A stretch of 64,000 nucleotides of DNA from Carcharhinus amblyrhynchos. Its lineage: Eukaryota. The notes under the pieces are model-generated. The model was not told the origin of the DNA. It saw only the letters and a list, made by a program, of their open reading frames with translations, and ran no database searches. The stretch lies in contig OZ336899.1 in the NCBI GenBank assembly GCA_965287045.1, positions 16,430,001-16,494,000 on the forward strand, read 5' to 3'. A program made the position numbers and the translations under genes. Shown piece after piece: positions 12,700-23,535 of the stretch (position 1 is the first letter of the stretch; every line of letters begins with the position of its first letter).

Positions 12700-13155
12700 T
12701 CCAGTTACCCTCTAAATATTGTTTAAAAATTTAAACCTGGAAGCTCGACTCTGATTGGTCAAGGCATTGGCCTGAGGAATGAACCAGCGAATGGCTACCA
12801 CTTATTTTGTTTAGCTGAAAAAGGCACAATGTGTATGTCTGTTATTTCTGTCAGCAAAGAACAGGGCCTGGTGTATTAATGTATGTAGGCTTCAGTATTC
12901 ACAAATGCACCACTCTGTGAACCCGACTGACAATCTGAAATTATGTGTCAGTGCTTGGCAGTTAACTATCAGTCATCATTAAAAGGTGCAAAATCCATGG
13001 CAACACCTCTGCCAATCAGAGTGCACTTGCCAACCAATCAGCACTCTTTCCTCATATGATATAACATTGTCATTTCATCTGACATTTTCTTGTGATTTTC
13101 CTGATGAGTGCAAGATGAAGCTTTGTAAAAATATCTTCTTTATGCAATACTCAAA
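12700..13155. mobile_element. Penelope-like element remnant (GIY-YIG C-terminus on - strand, terminal repeat on + strand)
   Basis: Minus strand reads FQIVSRVHRVVHL*ILKPTYINTPGPVLC*QK, resembling the PLE endonuclease end LEAxYI..xxPxLCxQK. The + arm has CTGATGAGTGCAAGATGAAGCTT at 13101. Confidence 0.6.
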
Positions 13156-13454
13156 CACACGTTCACACATACTCACATACAGCCATTCACGTACACAAGT
13201 CAGAACCCTTACTAATTTTTCACCTCTCCATTGCAGAGGCCACTTGTAAATCAGTCATCAACATCCCATGATAGGAAACCATCAAAGACAGCAGACTCTG
13301 GCAATCCATATGCAGGGAGTTGGCCAGTTTGAATAAGCTAGGGTTATTCAAATGAAGAAGAGAAAATGGACAGAGGAAAGAAGGCCTGAATTATACCACT
13401 ACTCAAATTGTCTCTCGTGTCATGTTTTTAATTAAATATATCTTTCTAGGTTAA

Positions 13455-13830
13455 GGGTGGCTGAGTGGTACAGTGGTTAGCACTACTGTCTCGCAGAGCA
13501 AGCGTCCCGAGTTCAATTATGACCTTGGGTGGCTGGCTGTGTGGAATTTGCACGTTCTCCCCATGTCAGTGTGAGTTTCCTCCATGTGCTCCGGTTTCTT
13601 TCCATAGTCTAAAGGTGTGCAGGTTAGGGGGATTGGCCATGCTAAATTACCCCTTAGTGACCCCAGATGTGTAGGTTAGGGGGATTAATGGGTTTAATGC
13701 ATGGGGTTACGGGGATAGGTCAGGGGCCGGGCCTGGGTAAGATGCTCTGTTGGAGAGTTGGTGCAGACTCAATGGACCGAAATGGCCTCCTTCTGCACTG
13801 TAGTAATTCAATGGGGGGATTCTATGATTA
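13455..13830 (+). mobile_element. HE1-like tRNA-derived V-SINE
   Basis: A/B-box-like GTGGTACAGTGGTTAGCAC and GAGTTCAATT, V domain TTTGCACGTTCTCCCC...GCTCCGGTTTC, CR1-derived tail GGCCTCCTTCTGCACTGTAG...ATTCTATG. Confidence 0.85.
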
Positions 13831-14234
13831 GTTTACAAAGCCAATCTAAATGCTTACCATAGATCCAGCCACACTTAAAACTTAAAAAAAAATTGTGCTG
13901 AAAAATAATCTAACTGGATTTTGAGGGATTGCCCACAACATCATCACAGCTGAAATCTGCTAATTTAGCACAAACTATGTATTGAACCTGGAAATCAATA
14001 ACAGGTTCAGCAACTTGGGAAAAAAATTAGAGGAGATTTTATCCACTGTTATTGTAATGTACTTACTTCTAATTGTGCCACTATTTGTATCTGAAGGCTT
14101 TTACTGAAGCTAGTGATTGTTATCAGGTGCTTGCAATACAGACAAGATGACCCTTTTTTTCTCAATGATCTCATGAAAGAATGGACAAAATCAACTTCCT
14201 AACTTTTAAGTGCAATGATGTCTGCTACACATTG

Positions 14235-14455
14235 AGCTGTGGGAGTTATTTATGCTGTCACTCCAGTAACTGAGGGAATGTTGTACTGTTGGATGTGCTG
14301 CTTTTTCAAATGAGAGATTAAATCAAGGCCCTAAAGGTTCTCTTAGACTGAAATTAAAGTTCCTATGGCACTATTTACAGAAAAGCAAGTTCTTCCTGGT
14401 ATTCCATCCAATATTTATCCCGGAACCAACATCACTAAAATAGTTAACTGATTGT
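14235..14455 (+). mobile_element. Deu-domain SINE fragment (SacSINE1-like)
   Basis: ACTCCAGT..TGAGGGAATG...ATGGCACTATTT...CCAATATTTATCCC..AACCAACATCACTAAAA. Confidence 0.65.
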
Positions 14456-14459
14456 TCAT

Positions 14460-14998
14460 AGCACAGAAAATATGAATGCTCATGTGATACTGGAACTTAG
14501 TCCTTTGGTTGAATACTGCAGTTGTCTTGATGTACATACAGACAAGCTTGAAGTTAGAACCCAAAACACCAGGGAGAGAGAGAACCTCTAGGTACTAGCT
14601 AGCAAACCACCAGCAGCAAAATTTTCACTCTAGGAGAGCAAGAGGCCTTGCTTCCAGCTAGCCAGCAGAATTTATAACACTAGAGAGAGAAAAACACTGC
14701 TTTTCAGTCTGATGTCCAAAACACCGTTTAACTAAAACAGCAGTTAGCAGCCAAACTGAAAGTGAAACTTTGAATTCACTATGAAAAAAATGGTTGAAAA
14801 CACATGACCTGCCACCCATTCATAAATTTCAAGTCGGTGCATTAAGCCCAGATTAAAAATAAACAAAACCCCATTCAAACCACTGAAACAGCAATAAAAG
14901 GATAGACAGCCAGTGCCACAATGAAACCAAACCTTGCTTACAAACTGCAGAGAGCATGATTTAAAAAAATAATTTCTTAAAGGCATACTAACACCACA
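14460..14998 (-). mobile_element. Partial solo LTR, same family as 37117-39305
   Basis: Reverse complement starts TGTGGTGTTAGTATGCCTTTAAGAAA versus TGTGATGTTAGTGTACCTTTAAGAAA at 37117; colinear similarity over ~500 bp. Confidence 0.8.
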
Positions 14999-16290
14999 TT
15001 AGTAGCAACTTACAATGAGAGAGCCGCACAGAACAATGTTTCTGCATAACAAAAGCCATCAAGAAGGGACCAAATGTTTTCTTAGGTCCACTGATTAAAA
15101 TAATAGATATGCGCAAAGTATTCTTCAATCAAAAGTTACAGGAAATCTTCATGTTAATGGGAAATTATAAATAAAAATTGGAGTGCTGAGCATAATTCAA
15201 AAAGATTGGGGAATAAATGAATTATCTCCACTAGGCTCCCTTGTACTGAAATCAGGCAGTGAATGAAGAAACAATGGTAAGAAACATTTCATGTATAAAT
15301 GAAATGTTGCATGTAATCATCACAGACTCCCGAGCACTCACTTTAGAAGGGTTTCCACAAGGTACATTAGCTTAAAGTGCAACAGGGATGTCTATTTATC
15401 TGATCAGCTTCAAGTCCGATTACTTTTTGTGGCTGAGGGGAGCTTGGCAAAGGAAACCTGGAAATACTGCCATGTATTGATGATTCTGGAAGGGAGCCAG
15501 TGTCACAATGATGGGAGATTTGGAAGTGATTAAGCACATTTAAAAATTTTACAGATACTGCTTCATCCCCTCTGGGCTCTCATCCAGGGCCAAGCTGTCA
15601 GACAATGACACCTCCAAGACTGGCCAAGATTTCACTGCTGTAAATCCGTAAGTTAGTGTGGCCTTGTATACAACATGTGACACTGTTGGAGACAGGCACA
15701 GCTCATGGTGAGAAACATGCAGGACACTGGATTGCGGGGCCAGTCCTGTGGGTCAGTCACTGGACTTCAGGAGTAGAGTGGCGGACTGGAACTAATTGAT
15801 TTGCTCTACAGAGAGCTGGCATGAACTCAATGGGGTGAATGGCCTACTTCAGTGCCATAAATTAATTTATGAGCTTGGCATACAAGAGCCATACAGCACA
15901 ACTTCATTTATATGTTGTCTTTCATGTAATAACATGACCCAGGACACTTCACAAGAATGTTATCACACAAAATGTGACACAGAGCTGCATAAGAAGACGT
16001 TAGAACATGGAAAAGCAGGAACTGCTGTAGTATAAATTACTGTGATCGTTTAAAATTTGGCATTCTTTCATTTGTTCTGATGAGTGCAAAACAAGAAGCT
16101 TCAACCACATGTCTCTCTTTTCAATAAGATTCAAGCTGTGAACTATCAAGCAACTGTTTTTACAAAGGTGAAATGCCTGTCTGTCTGTTTGTTGGCAAAC
16201 TTCTGCAGAGGGGTCCTTGGACCAGTCTCAACAAAACTTGGTGGGATGAAGAAGGAATGATTCCTCATGTGATCCATCATGAAATATTTA

Positions 16291-17430
16291 GGCTGGGACT
16301 CTCCCAAAAAAATTTGAAGGTCCCAATGTATAGGAAAATGGGAGTAAATCCTACTGATTTTTTAGCTTGATTTCCAGAATGAATCACAACGTTCTGTACA
16401 TCACAGACCACTAGTGTGATTCCCTCTAGAAATCTAGGAGTAAGGCCTATTCCCGCCCAAGAAGTTGGCAGCACAGTGCTGAGTGGGCCATTGCGCATGT
16501 GCCGATCTGTCAGCACGGAGGTCAGTGCATGCAAAGTTGCTCTGCATTGCTGTCCTCTTGATCACTGATCAGTCCCACAATCCACTCAAATCAGGCCTAC
16601 CAACTCTCACTCCCGATCGCTGGCCTCCAAGGCATCCTTGAGCCAGTCCTGATATTGTTTCACCCCCACCCCCCGCATCCACACCCCATCCCATCCAGCC
16701 TGGTTTAATCGACCGGCTTCCCTCGCCGGACAGTCCCAACCCCTCCCCCCCCAAATCCTGATGGCCCGTCCTGACTCCCCCCCAAGACAGTTCCAACCCC
16801 CCCTCCTCCCCCACCCAGATGGCTGGCCCCGATCACCCTTGTCCTTCCATCTGCCAATAATCCCAATGCAGAATAGCAGTGGGTCCCTCCCATCCTGGCA
16901 GCAGGTCCCTCTCACTCCTACCGATGGCTCCCTCAATAGGCCCTGTCCCTCTGACCCCACCACTTTGGCATTGCCAATGCATGGTAGGCAGTGCCAAGGT
17001 GCTCCTTGGGCCGTGCCAGTTTGCACCTTGAGCAGTGCCAGAGTGCCAGGCTGGCACTGCCCAAGGGGCACCCTATCTCTTACTGCCAACCTCCCAGGGG
17101 GCTTCAATGGCCTCTCTTCTCTCCAGTGGGTCAGACTGTTCCCCGATTGTGAGGGGCAGGAGTAAACCCCGCTGGAATGAACCATACCCAGCAGGTGGGA
17201 AAATGCTAGCGGTCCCGGAGAATTCAGTCCCAGACCCGCTAATCAGATGCAAATAAAGATTTCAATCTTGAAATTAGTTTCGGCGTGGAGCTGATTATTC
17301 AGGAAAACCTGGTTCTGGAGATGTGCAGAGGCCATGATGCCCAGCAAGAAGTCCGCAAAACAGTCACCGCTGATATCTCCCAGCCCGCTGAGCTACTCAA
17401 GCAGTGCAGGGACCTGGGAGAATCACCCCC
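16291..17430. mobile_element. Non-autonomous PIF/Harbinger-type transposon (~1.14 kb)
   Basis: Imperfect TIRs GGCTGGGACTCTCCC / GGGAGAATCACCCCC with TTA on both flanks (16288-16290 and 17431-17433), the Harbinger TWA TSD. GC-rich interior without a transposase. Confidence 0.75.
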
Positions 17431-18099
17431 TTAATGTTTCAACAAACACTGAAAATACAGAGAGCAACATTGAAAATGTAGAGAACAATATGAGAGATGT
17501 TGTTTTGACATTGTTGATAAAATATTCAGAGTATTAACAAACATCGAGGAAATAGTTGTGGATGTAGATTTTGACCCTATGGATTTTAAGAGAGTGGAGA
17601 AAATCATTAGTAGAAATTGTACAGTTAAAAACTGTAAATCTAGTTAAAAAAACGTCAAGCCAAGTAAAGTAAATGAAGGTAAATACTTTGTGAAAAGGAG
17701 TTTTTTTGTTAAATAATGTTTTTGTGTGTAATATTTTGTGTGAATTTAGATGTTTATATTTCATATAAAATTGTTGCCTAATATAATTGTGAGAAAGAGG
17801 TAATGTTTGGCAAATGATGTTTGTTCAATATACAAAATGCTTCAAATAAATTACCTTATAGAAACAAAATTATTTCATAGCAACATCTTTGTGGTCTGAT
17901 TTTCAGCTTACAGTTATCTTCTTTCATCACCCTCACCCAATTCTCTCTGAAGCCTTGAGTCTTCACTGGAAGAGAAGTTTCACAGGCACCGGTTATCTCA
18001 ACAAATCACCATTCTCCTTTTGTGAACCAAGTCAATGTCAACAGTTCACTTAATCATGGCTGCTGCCACTGTTTGATCTTCAATAAATGGATTTTGTAG

Positions 18100-18340
18100 C
18101 AGGTTCATTGGTTAGCGATCTGGAGGGATCAATAGATAGTGACCTAAAGGTAACCAATCTGGAAGGTTCAAGAGGCAGTGATCTGGCGGGACCATTAGTG
18201 ACCAATCTAGAAGAGTCAATAGGCAATGATCTAGAGGGATCATTGGTGACCAATCTGGAGGAGTCTATTGACAGTGATTAGAGGGATCATTGGTGCTGAT
18301 TTGGAGGCGTCAATAGACAGTGAGCTGGAACGATCACTGT
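18100..18340. repeat. Degenerate 24-bp tandem repeat with 48-bp dimer structure
   Basis: GATCTGGAGGGATCAATAGATAGT / AATCTAGAAGAGTCAATAGGCAAT alternation, about 9-10 units. Confidence 0.75.
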
Positions 18341-18979
18341 TGCAGGTATTTCTGCAAATGCGTGAAGTCAATTAAATATCAGCAAAGGGGCTCTGGTTGG
18401 TAAACAAGCAACTGTTCCTGGCATTTTTAGATGCACATAAAACTGTAACATTTCCCTTCCGATTGGTACTCCTGGTTTGAGGGTGTTTGACTCTGAAAGA
18501 GCCTAGAATTGAATCTCAGCAATGTGTGCCATTCAGTTTGAAATTGCTGGGGATTGAAACCCCCCTAATCAGTGGTGTGCTCTTTAGGACAGAAGACTGG
18601 GGAAGAAGTAACGTTGATAAGGGAGAACTCTGTGATACGAGCATGCAATCATGAAGCCTTGTAATATTGATGTCTAAAGGTAATCTTCCTGGCCAAAAGA
18701 GGAATGTGCTCAGGGAAACCTCCGAACTTTCAGGATAATCCTGGTGCAAGATGTTTCTGAACTCTATTCTTAGAAAAATCTGCATGCAAAGATTGTATCA
18801 TATCAGACATTTTATTGTATCAGGGGTGTTTACTGGAGTAGAGAAACTCTGATCTAAAACCATCCACACGATGGCAGTCCACACACCCAATATCATGTGA
18901 TCCTGAGACACAACTGAAATTCAATCTGAGCTCATCTGGCTTTTCCTGGTCACTGTTGAATTGTCTTTGTTCAAAAGTG

Positions 18980-19225
18980 CTATATGGAGTTTGCACATTC
19001 TCCTCGTATCCATGTGGGTTTCCTCTGGGTTCTCTGGTTTCCTCCCACAGTCCAAAGATGTGTGTGTTAGGTTGACTGGCCATGCTAAATTGATCCTAGT
19101 GCCAGGGAGATTAGCAGGATAACTAAGTAGGGTTACGGGAATAGAGCCTGGGTGGGATTGTGGCTGGTGCAGACACGACGGGCCGAATGACCTCCTTCTG
19201 CACTATAGAGATTCTATGATTCTCT
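18980..19225 (+). mobile_element. 5'-truncated HE1-like V-SINE
   Basis: TGGAGTTTGCACATTCTCC...CCCACAGTCCAAAGATGTG...CCTTCTGCACT..GATTCTATGATTC. Confidence 0.85.
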
Positions 19226-19359
19226 GTGTGGACATCAACTCAGGGCAGAACTGGACTTTGATATCATGCCTCCCCAGCCAAATAGCCCATCAGCACTCAT
19301 TGCATATGTCCAATATGAACAATAGCAACAAAAGTGGGGCCTATAGTTTTCATAGACCT

Positions 19360-20785
19360 GAACCCCAGTGAGAGCCAGCATGTTCAGGAGAGGAGCTGAA
19401 CCACAGTGAGTGTCAGCACCTTCAGGAGAGGGGCTGAACCCCAGTGAGAGTCAGCACCTTCAGGAGAGGAGCTGAACCCCAGTGAGAGTCAGCACCTTCA
19501 GGAGAGGAGCTGAACCCCAGTGAGGGTCAGCACCTTCAGGAGAGGAGCTGAACCCCAGTGAGAGTCAGCACCTTCAGGAGAGGGACTGAACCCCAGTGAG
19601 AGTCAGCACCTTCAGGAGAGAGACTGAACCCCAGTGAGAGTCAGCACCTTCAGGAGAGGAGCTGAACCCCAGTGAGAGTCAGCACCTTCAGGACAGGGAC
19701 TGAACCCCAGTGAGAGTCAGCACCTTCAGGAGAGGAGCTGAACCCCAGTGAGAGTCAGCACCTTCAGGAGAGGGACTGAACCCCAGTGAGAGTCAGCACC
19801 TTCAGGAGAGGAGCTGAACCCCAGTGAGAGTCAGCACCTTCAGGAGAAGGGCTGAACCCCAGTGAGAGTCAGCACCTTCAGGAGAGGGACTGAACCCCAG
19901 TGAGAGTCAGCACCTTCAGGAGAGGGACTGAACCCCAGTGAGAGTCAGCACCTTCAGGAGAGGAGCTGAACCCCAGTGAGAGTCAGCACCTTCAGGAGAG
20001 GAGCTGAACCCCAGTGAGGGTCAGCACCTTCAGGAGAGGAGCTGAACCCCAGTGAGAGTCAGCACCTTCAGGAGAGGGACTGAACCCCAGTGAGAGTCAG
20101 CACCTTCAGGAGAGAGACTGAACCCCAGTGAGAGTCAGCACCTTCAGGAGAGGAGCTGAACCCCAGTGAGAGTCAGCACCTTCAGGACAGGGACTGAACC
20201 CCAGTGAGAGTCAGCACCTTCAGGAGAGGAGCTGAACCCCAGTGAGAGTCAGCACCTTCAGGAGAGGGACTGAACCCCAGTGAGAGTCAGCACCTTCAGG
20301 AGAGGAGCTGAACCCCAGTGAGAGTCAGCACCTTCAGGAGAAGGGCTGAACCCCAGTGAGAGTCAGCACCTTCAGGAGAGGGACTGAACCCCAGTGAGAG
20401 TCAGCACCTTCAGGAGAGGGACTGAACCCCAGTGAGAGTCAGCACCTTCAGGAGAGGAGCTGAACCCCAGTGAGAGTCAGCACCTTCAGGAGAGGGACTG
20501 AACCCCAGTGAGGGTCAGCACCTTCAGGAGAGGAGCTGAACCCCAGTGAGAGTCAGCACCTTCAGGAGAGGGACTGAACCCCAGTGAGAGTCAGCACCTT
20601 CAGGAGAGGGACTGAACCCCAGTGAGGGTCAGCACCTTCAGGAGAGGAGCTGAACCCCAATAAGAGTCAGCACCTTTAGAAGAGGAACTGAACCCCAGTG
20701 AGAGTCAGCACCTTCAGGAGAAAGACTGAGCCCCAGTGAGGGTCAGCAGGTTCAGGAGCATGGCTGGACCCCAGTGAGAGTCAAT
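19360..20785. repeat. 38-bp minisatellite, ~37 units, with a 13-unit higher-order duplication
   Basis: Unit GAACCCCAGTGAGAGTCAGCACCTTCAGGAGAGGAGCT, head-to-tail with no spacers. Confidence 0.97.
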
Positions 20786-20924
20786 ATTTTCACCCAGCTA
20801 TTGCAAGTGATAGTCTGAGATTGTAAATGTTAAACTCTTGATCAATAAAAAGGTGTAAGTAATGACAGGTTAGAAAGTTGAATCTCGATAATGAAAAAGC
20901 TTTTAGAAACAATAATCTGGAATA

Positions 20925-21185
20925 AAATATCTGCTCCTATATCTCTCATACATCGCATCTGCTCCAGTCTATAATTACTCCTATATCCCTTGTACATTTA
21001 TATCTGCTCCCATCCTGTCTTTGGCCATGTAGACATGATGGGCTGAAGGGCCTTTTTCTATGCTGTATACCTCTATGACTCTATAACTGTTCCTATATCT
21101 CTTTTATCCATATCTGCTCCTATATGTCTAGTGAATGTATATCTGCTCCAATATCGTTGATATCTCTATCATCTCCCATATCTTT
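20925..21185. repeat. Degenerate ATATCTGCTCCT repeat interrupted by a short CR1 tail
   Basis: Repeated ATATCTGCTCC motifs; CR1 tail GATGGGCTGAAGGGCCTTTTTCTATGCTGTA at ~21037-21083. Confidence 0.55.
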
Positions 21186-23129
21186 TCTGTAGGTTTTTCA
21201 GCTTAGGACTGGATTTTGTGTTCTGCCAGCCCATCAACATAGTGGCAAGAACTCTTTGAGCAGACACTCTGATTCTCGACAGTCAGTTGCCAAATGGAGT
21301 GGCATAATATAAAAGGGGAATTTCAGAGTCTCTGACCTTCTGCTTCAGAAAATAAAACTTGACATACAAGCTTATCTGGTCTCCGGGGAGAGATCTGAAG
21401 TGTGAGAAAGTCCAAAACCTGTCCTGCAATGAGTTGTGGGCCGTGCAAATTCCAAAAATCCCACAAGGAATATCGGCTGGGAGATGACATCATCACCTGG
21501 GTCTGCCAACTTGCAAATCATATTGCAAACATGGACTGCTGTCTGATTAATTCTTTGTTAAATTATATTTCTGGGATCACACACACAAAACCTTAATTCT
21601 TTTCAGGATTTTAATGAGGTCTGTACCAGCGCTTATATTTGGAGCACTTTGAAGTTGAGCCTCCGGATTAATGTACCATCTTTTTAAAAGCCTCTCTTAA
21701 AGAATGAAGCAAATCTTTTCTTTTAAGACCTTGCAAAAAGATCAAGGCAGCAATCTGCAGCTTGCTCGTCAAACTAACACTGTGCTATCTGGTAAGAGTT
21801 CAAGCAAAAATCTTCCACAACCAGCTCCTGCTGCTCCTGCCTACTAATGACCAGAGGATAAAAGTCAGAGGTGAAACCAGTCTGGCCAGTAAGGCTGAGG
21901 GTTACTCCTGCCTCCACGCTGTGTTGCTGATCATAGCTGGAGCACCAACCCTGCTTCTATTAATTCCTTCATACGCCTGGAGCGATCAGAGAGATGGGTC
22001 AGTGAGACGGATCAGTTAGGGTTCCCAATCCATAGATTGTTGCCCACTGGACAGGTAAAGAATGGATATTTCTCAGTTGGGAAGCTCCTCTCCCCATGCA
22101 GTAATTCTGACATTCGCTGCCTAGGGTCTCACAATGGGTGAGATATGTAGCCATTGTCAAGGAACTGTGTCCCTCTGTCAGTCAGGAGAGGAGAAGGCAA
22201 AACAACTAAGTGAATGACAGGCCACAAAGAAATGCTGTTTGGTGAAGTTGTGATCATTAGGTTGAGGAATATCCAAGGTCAGAATTGTGTGATCTCTGAA
22301 GGCAAGGTTGGAGGTGGAGTGGGTCCAGGGTAATTAGGCAGGATGATGGTGTACTAAAACCCTGTCACCTTCCTGCCTCTGCTAGAAATTAAGTTCTCCC
22401 ATCCACCATCTATCGAGGCCTAAAGTGACCAATTAATCCCGGTTTGAGGGCTTCATCCCACTGCCACTGGTAATAACCCAGCTTCAGGCAGACCTATCGA
22501 CATGCACCATGCATCACTGTGAAAATTGTACAACCAACTTGTCACCTCTGAGATTAATCCTCTGGGATTCACACCCCTGCCCTTGGTGCTGGCCGCTCTC
22601 CCTATGAATGCCACCCTTCACTCCTGCCCTACCTTCCACATTGCTCACATTGCCTGGGTCATTTATAATGTGGCCAAAAGGGTTATTATCAGCCTGTAAA
22701 TCCTTCCATTACACCTGAGGCAGGGGTAAGGGCAGCAGAGTTTCCTGGTCACCCAAATGGCAGAAGGCAATGGCAAACCACTACCATACATTACCCATCA
22801 ATCCAATAGAAGTTGATGGTCACCAATGCCCTCTTAGGACATAGTACTTGAACGAGACCGAGGGGCCTGACTCACTCCATGACCCTGGATCCTCAATGCC
22901 TGACCTCTGGTAGTAACTACAGCCTGCCCACTTCAAGAGCTGCCAGCGCCTGACGGGCTGTGGGCAAGATTTCTGTCTTCAGGATCCTGATTCTGGGAGA
23001 AGATCTGCCATTGCTTGTGATTTGTGGGCATTCTTGAAAAGAGGCAGATCAGATCTTTCACTGGCTCCCCAGCCAGCAGCCCAGACTCCCAGAACTCAAC
23101 AAGATTCCACCAAATAAGCACCCACTTCC

Positions 23130-23535
23130 AAAGTACAGCATGGACTTAGATACTGAGTAAAACTCCCTCTACATTGTACCCAACAAACACTCCCAGGAGA
23201 GGTAAAGAATTGGATTAGATACAGGGTAAAGCTCTCTTTACACTGTCCCAGCAAAAACTCCCAGGACAGGTACAGCATGGGGTTAGATACAGAGTGAGTC
23301 TCCCTCTGCACTGTCCCCATCAAATACTGCCAGGACATGTACAGCATGGGATTAAATACAGGGTAAAGCACCCCCTACACTGTCCCCGTCAAGCACTCCC
23401 CAGAGAGGTACAGAAAGGTGTTAGATACAGAATAAAACTCCCTCTACGCTATCCCCATCAAACACTCCCAGGACAAGTACAGCATGGGGTTAGATACAGA
23501 TTAAAACCTCCTCTACACTGTCCCCATCAAACACT
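23130..23535 (+). repeat. ~69-bp dispersed satellite array (continues 24896-25005 after the Penelope insertion)
   Basis: Unit ACACTGTCCCCATCAAACACTCCCAGGACAGGTACAGCATGGGGTTAGATACAGAGTAAAGCTCCCTCT, about 6 copies. Confidence 0.92.

Noticed and set aside
13455-13540. tRNA-like A/B boxes (also at 28225, 30000-30085, 41068 and 42215)
   Set aside because: SINE heads continuing into V domains or LINE tails; no intact cloverleaf.
16569-17256. Overlapping GC-rich ORFs up to 192 aa
   Set aside because: Inside a TIR/TSD-bounded non-autonomous transposon; no recognisable domain.
19360-20785. CRISPR-like appearance of regular 38-bp repeats
   Set aside because: Units are head-to-tail with no unique spacers, there are no cas genes, and the context is vertebrate.
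21728-21791. Candidate 64-nt + strand exon (tcttttcttttaAG...GTaaga)
   Set aside because: Splice signals look good, but no frame is recognisable and no partner exon was found; unsupported without RNA data.
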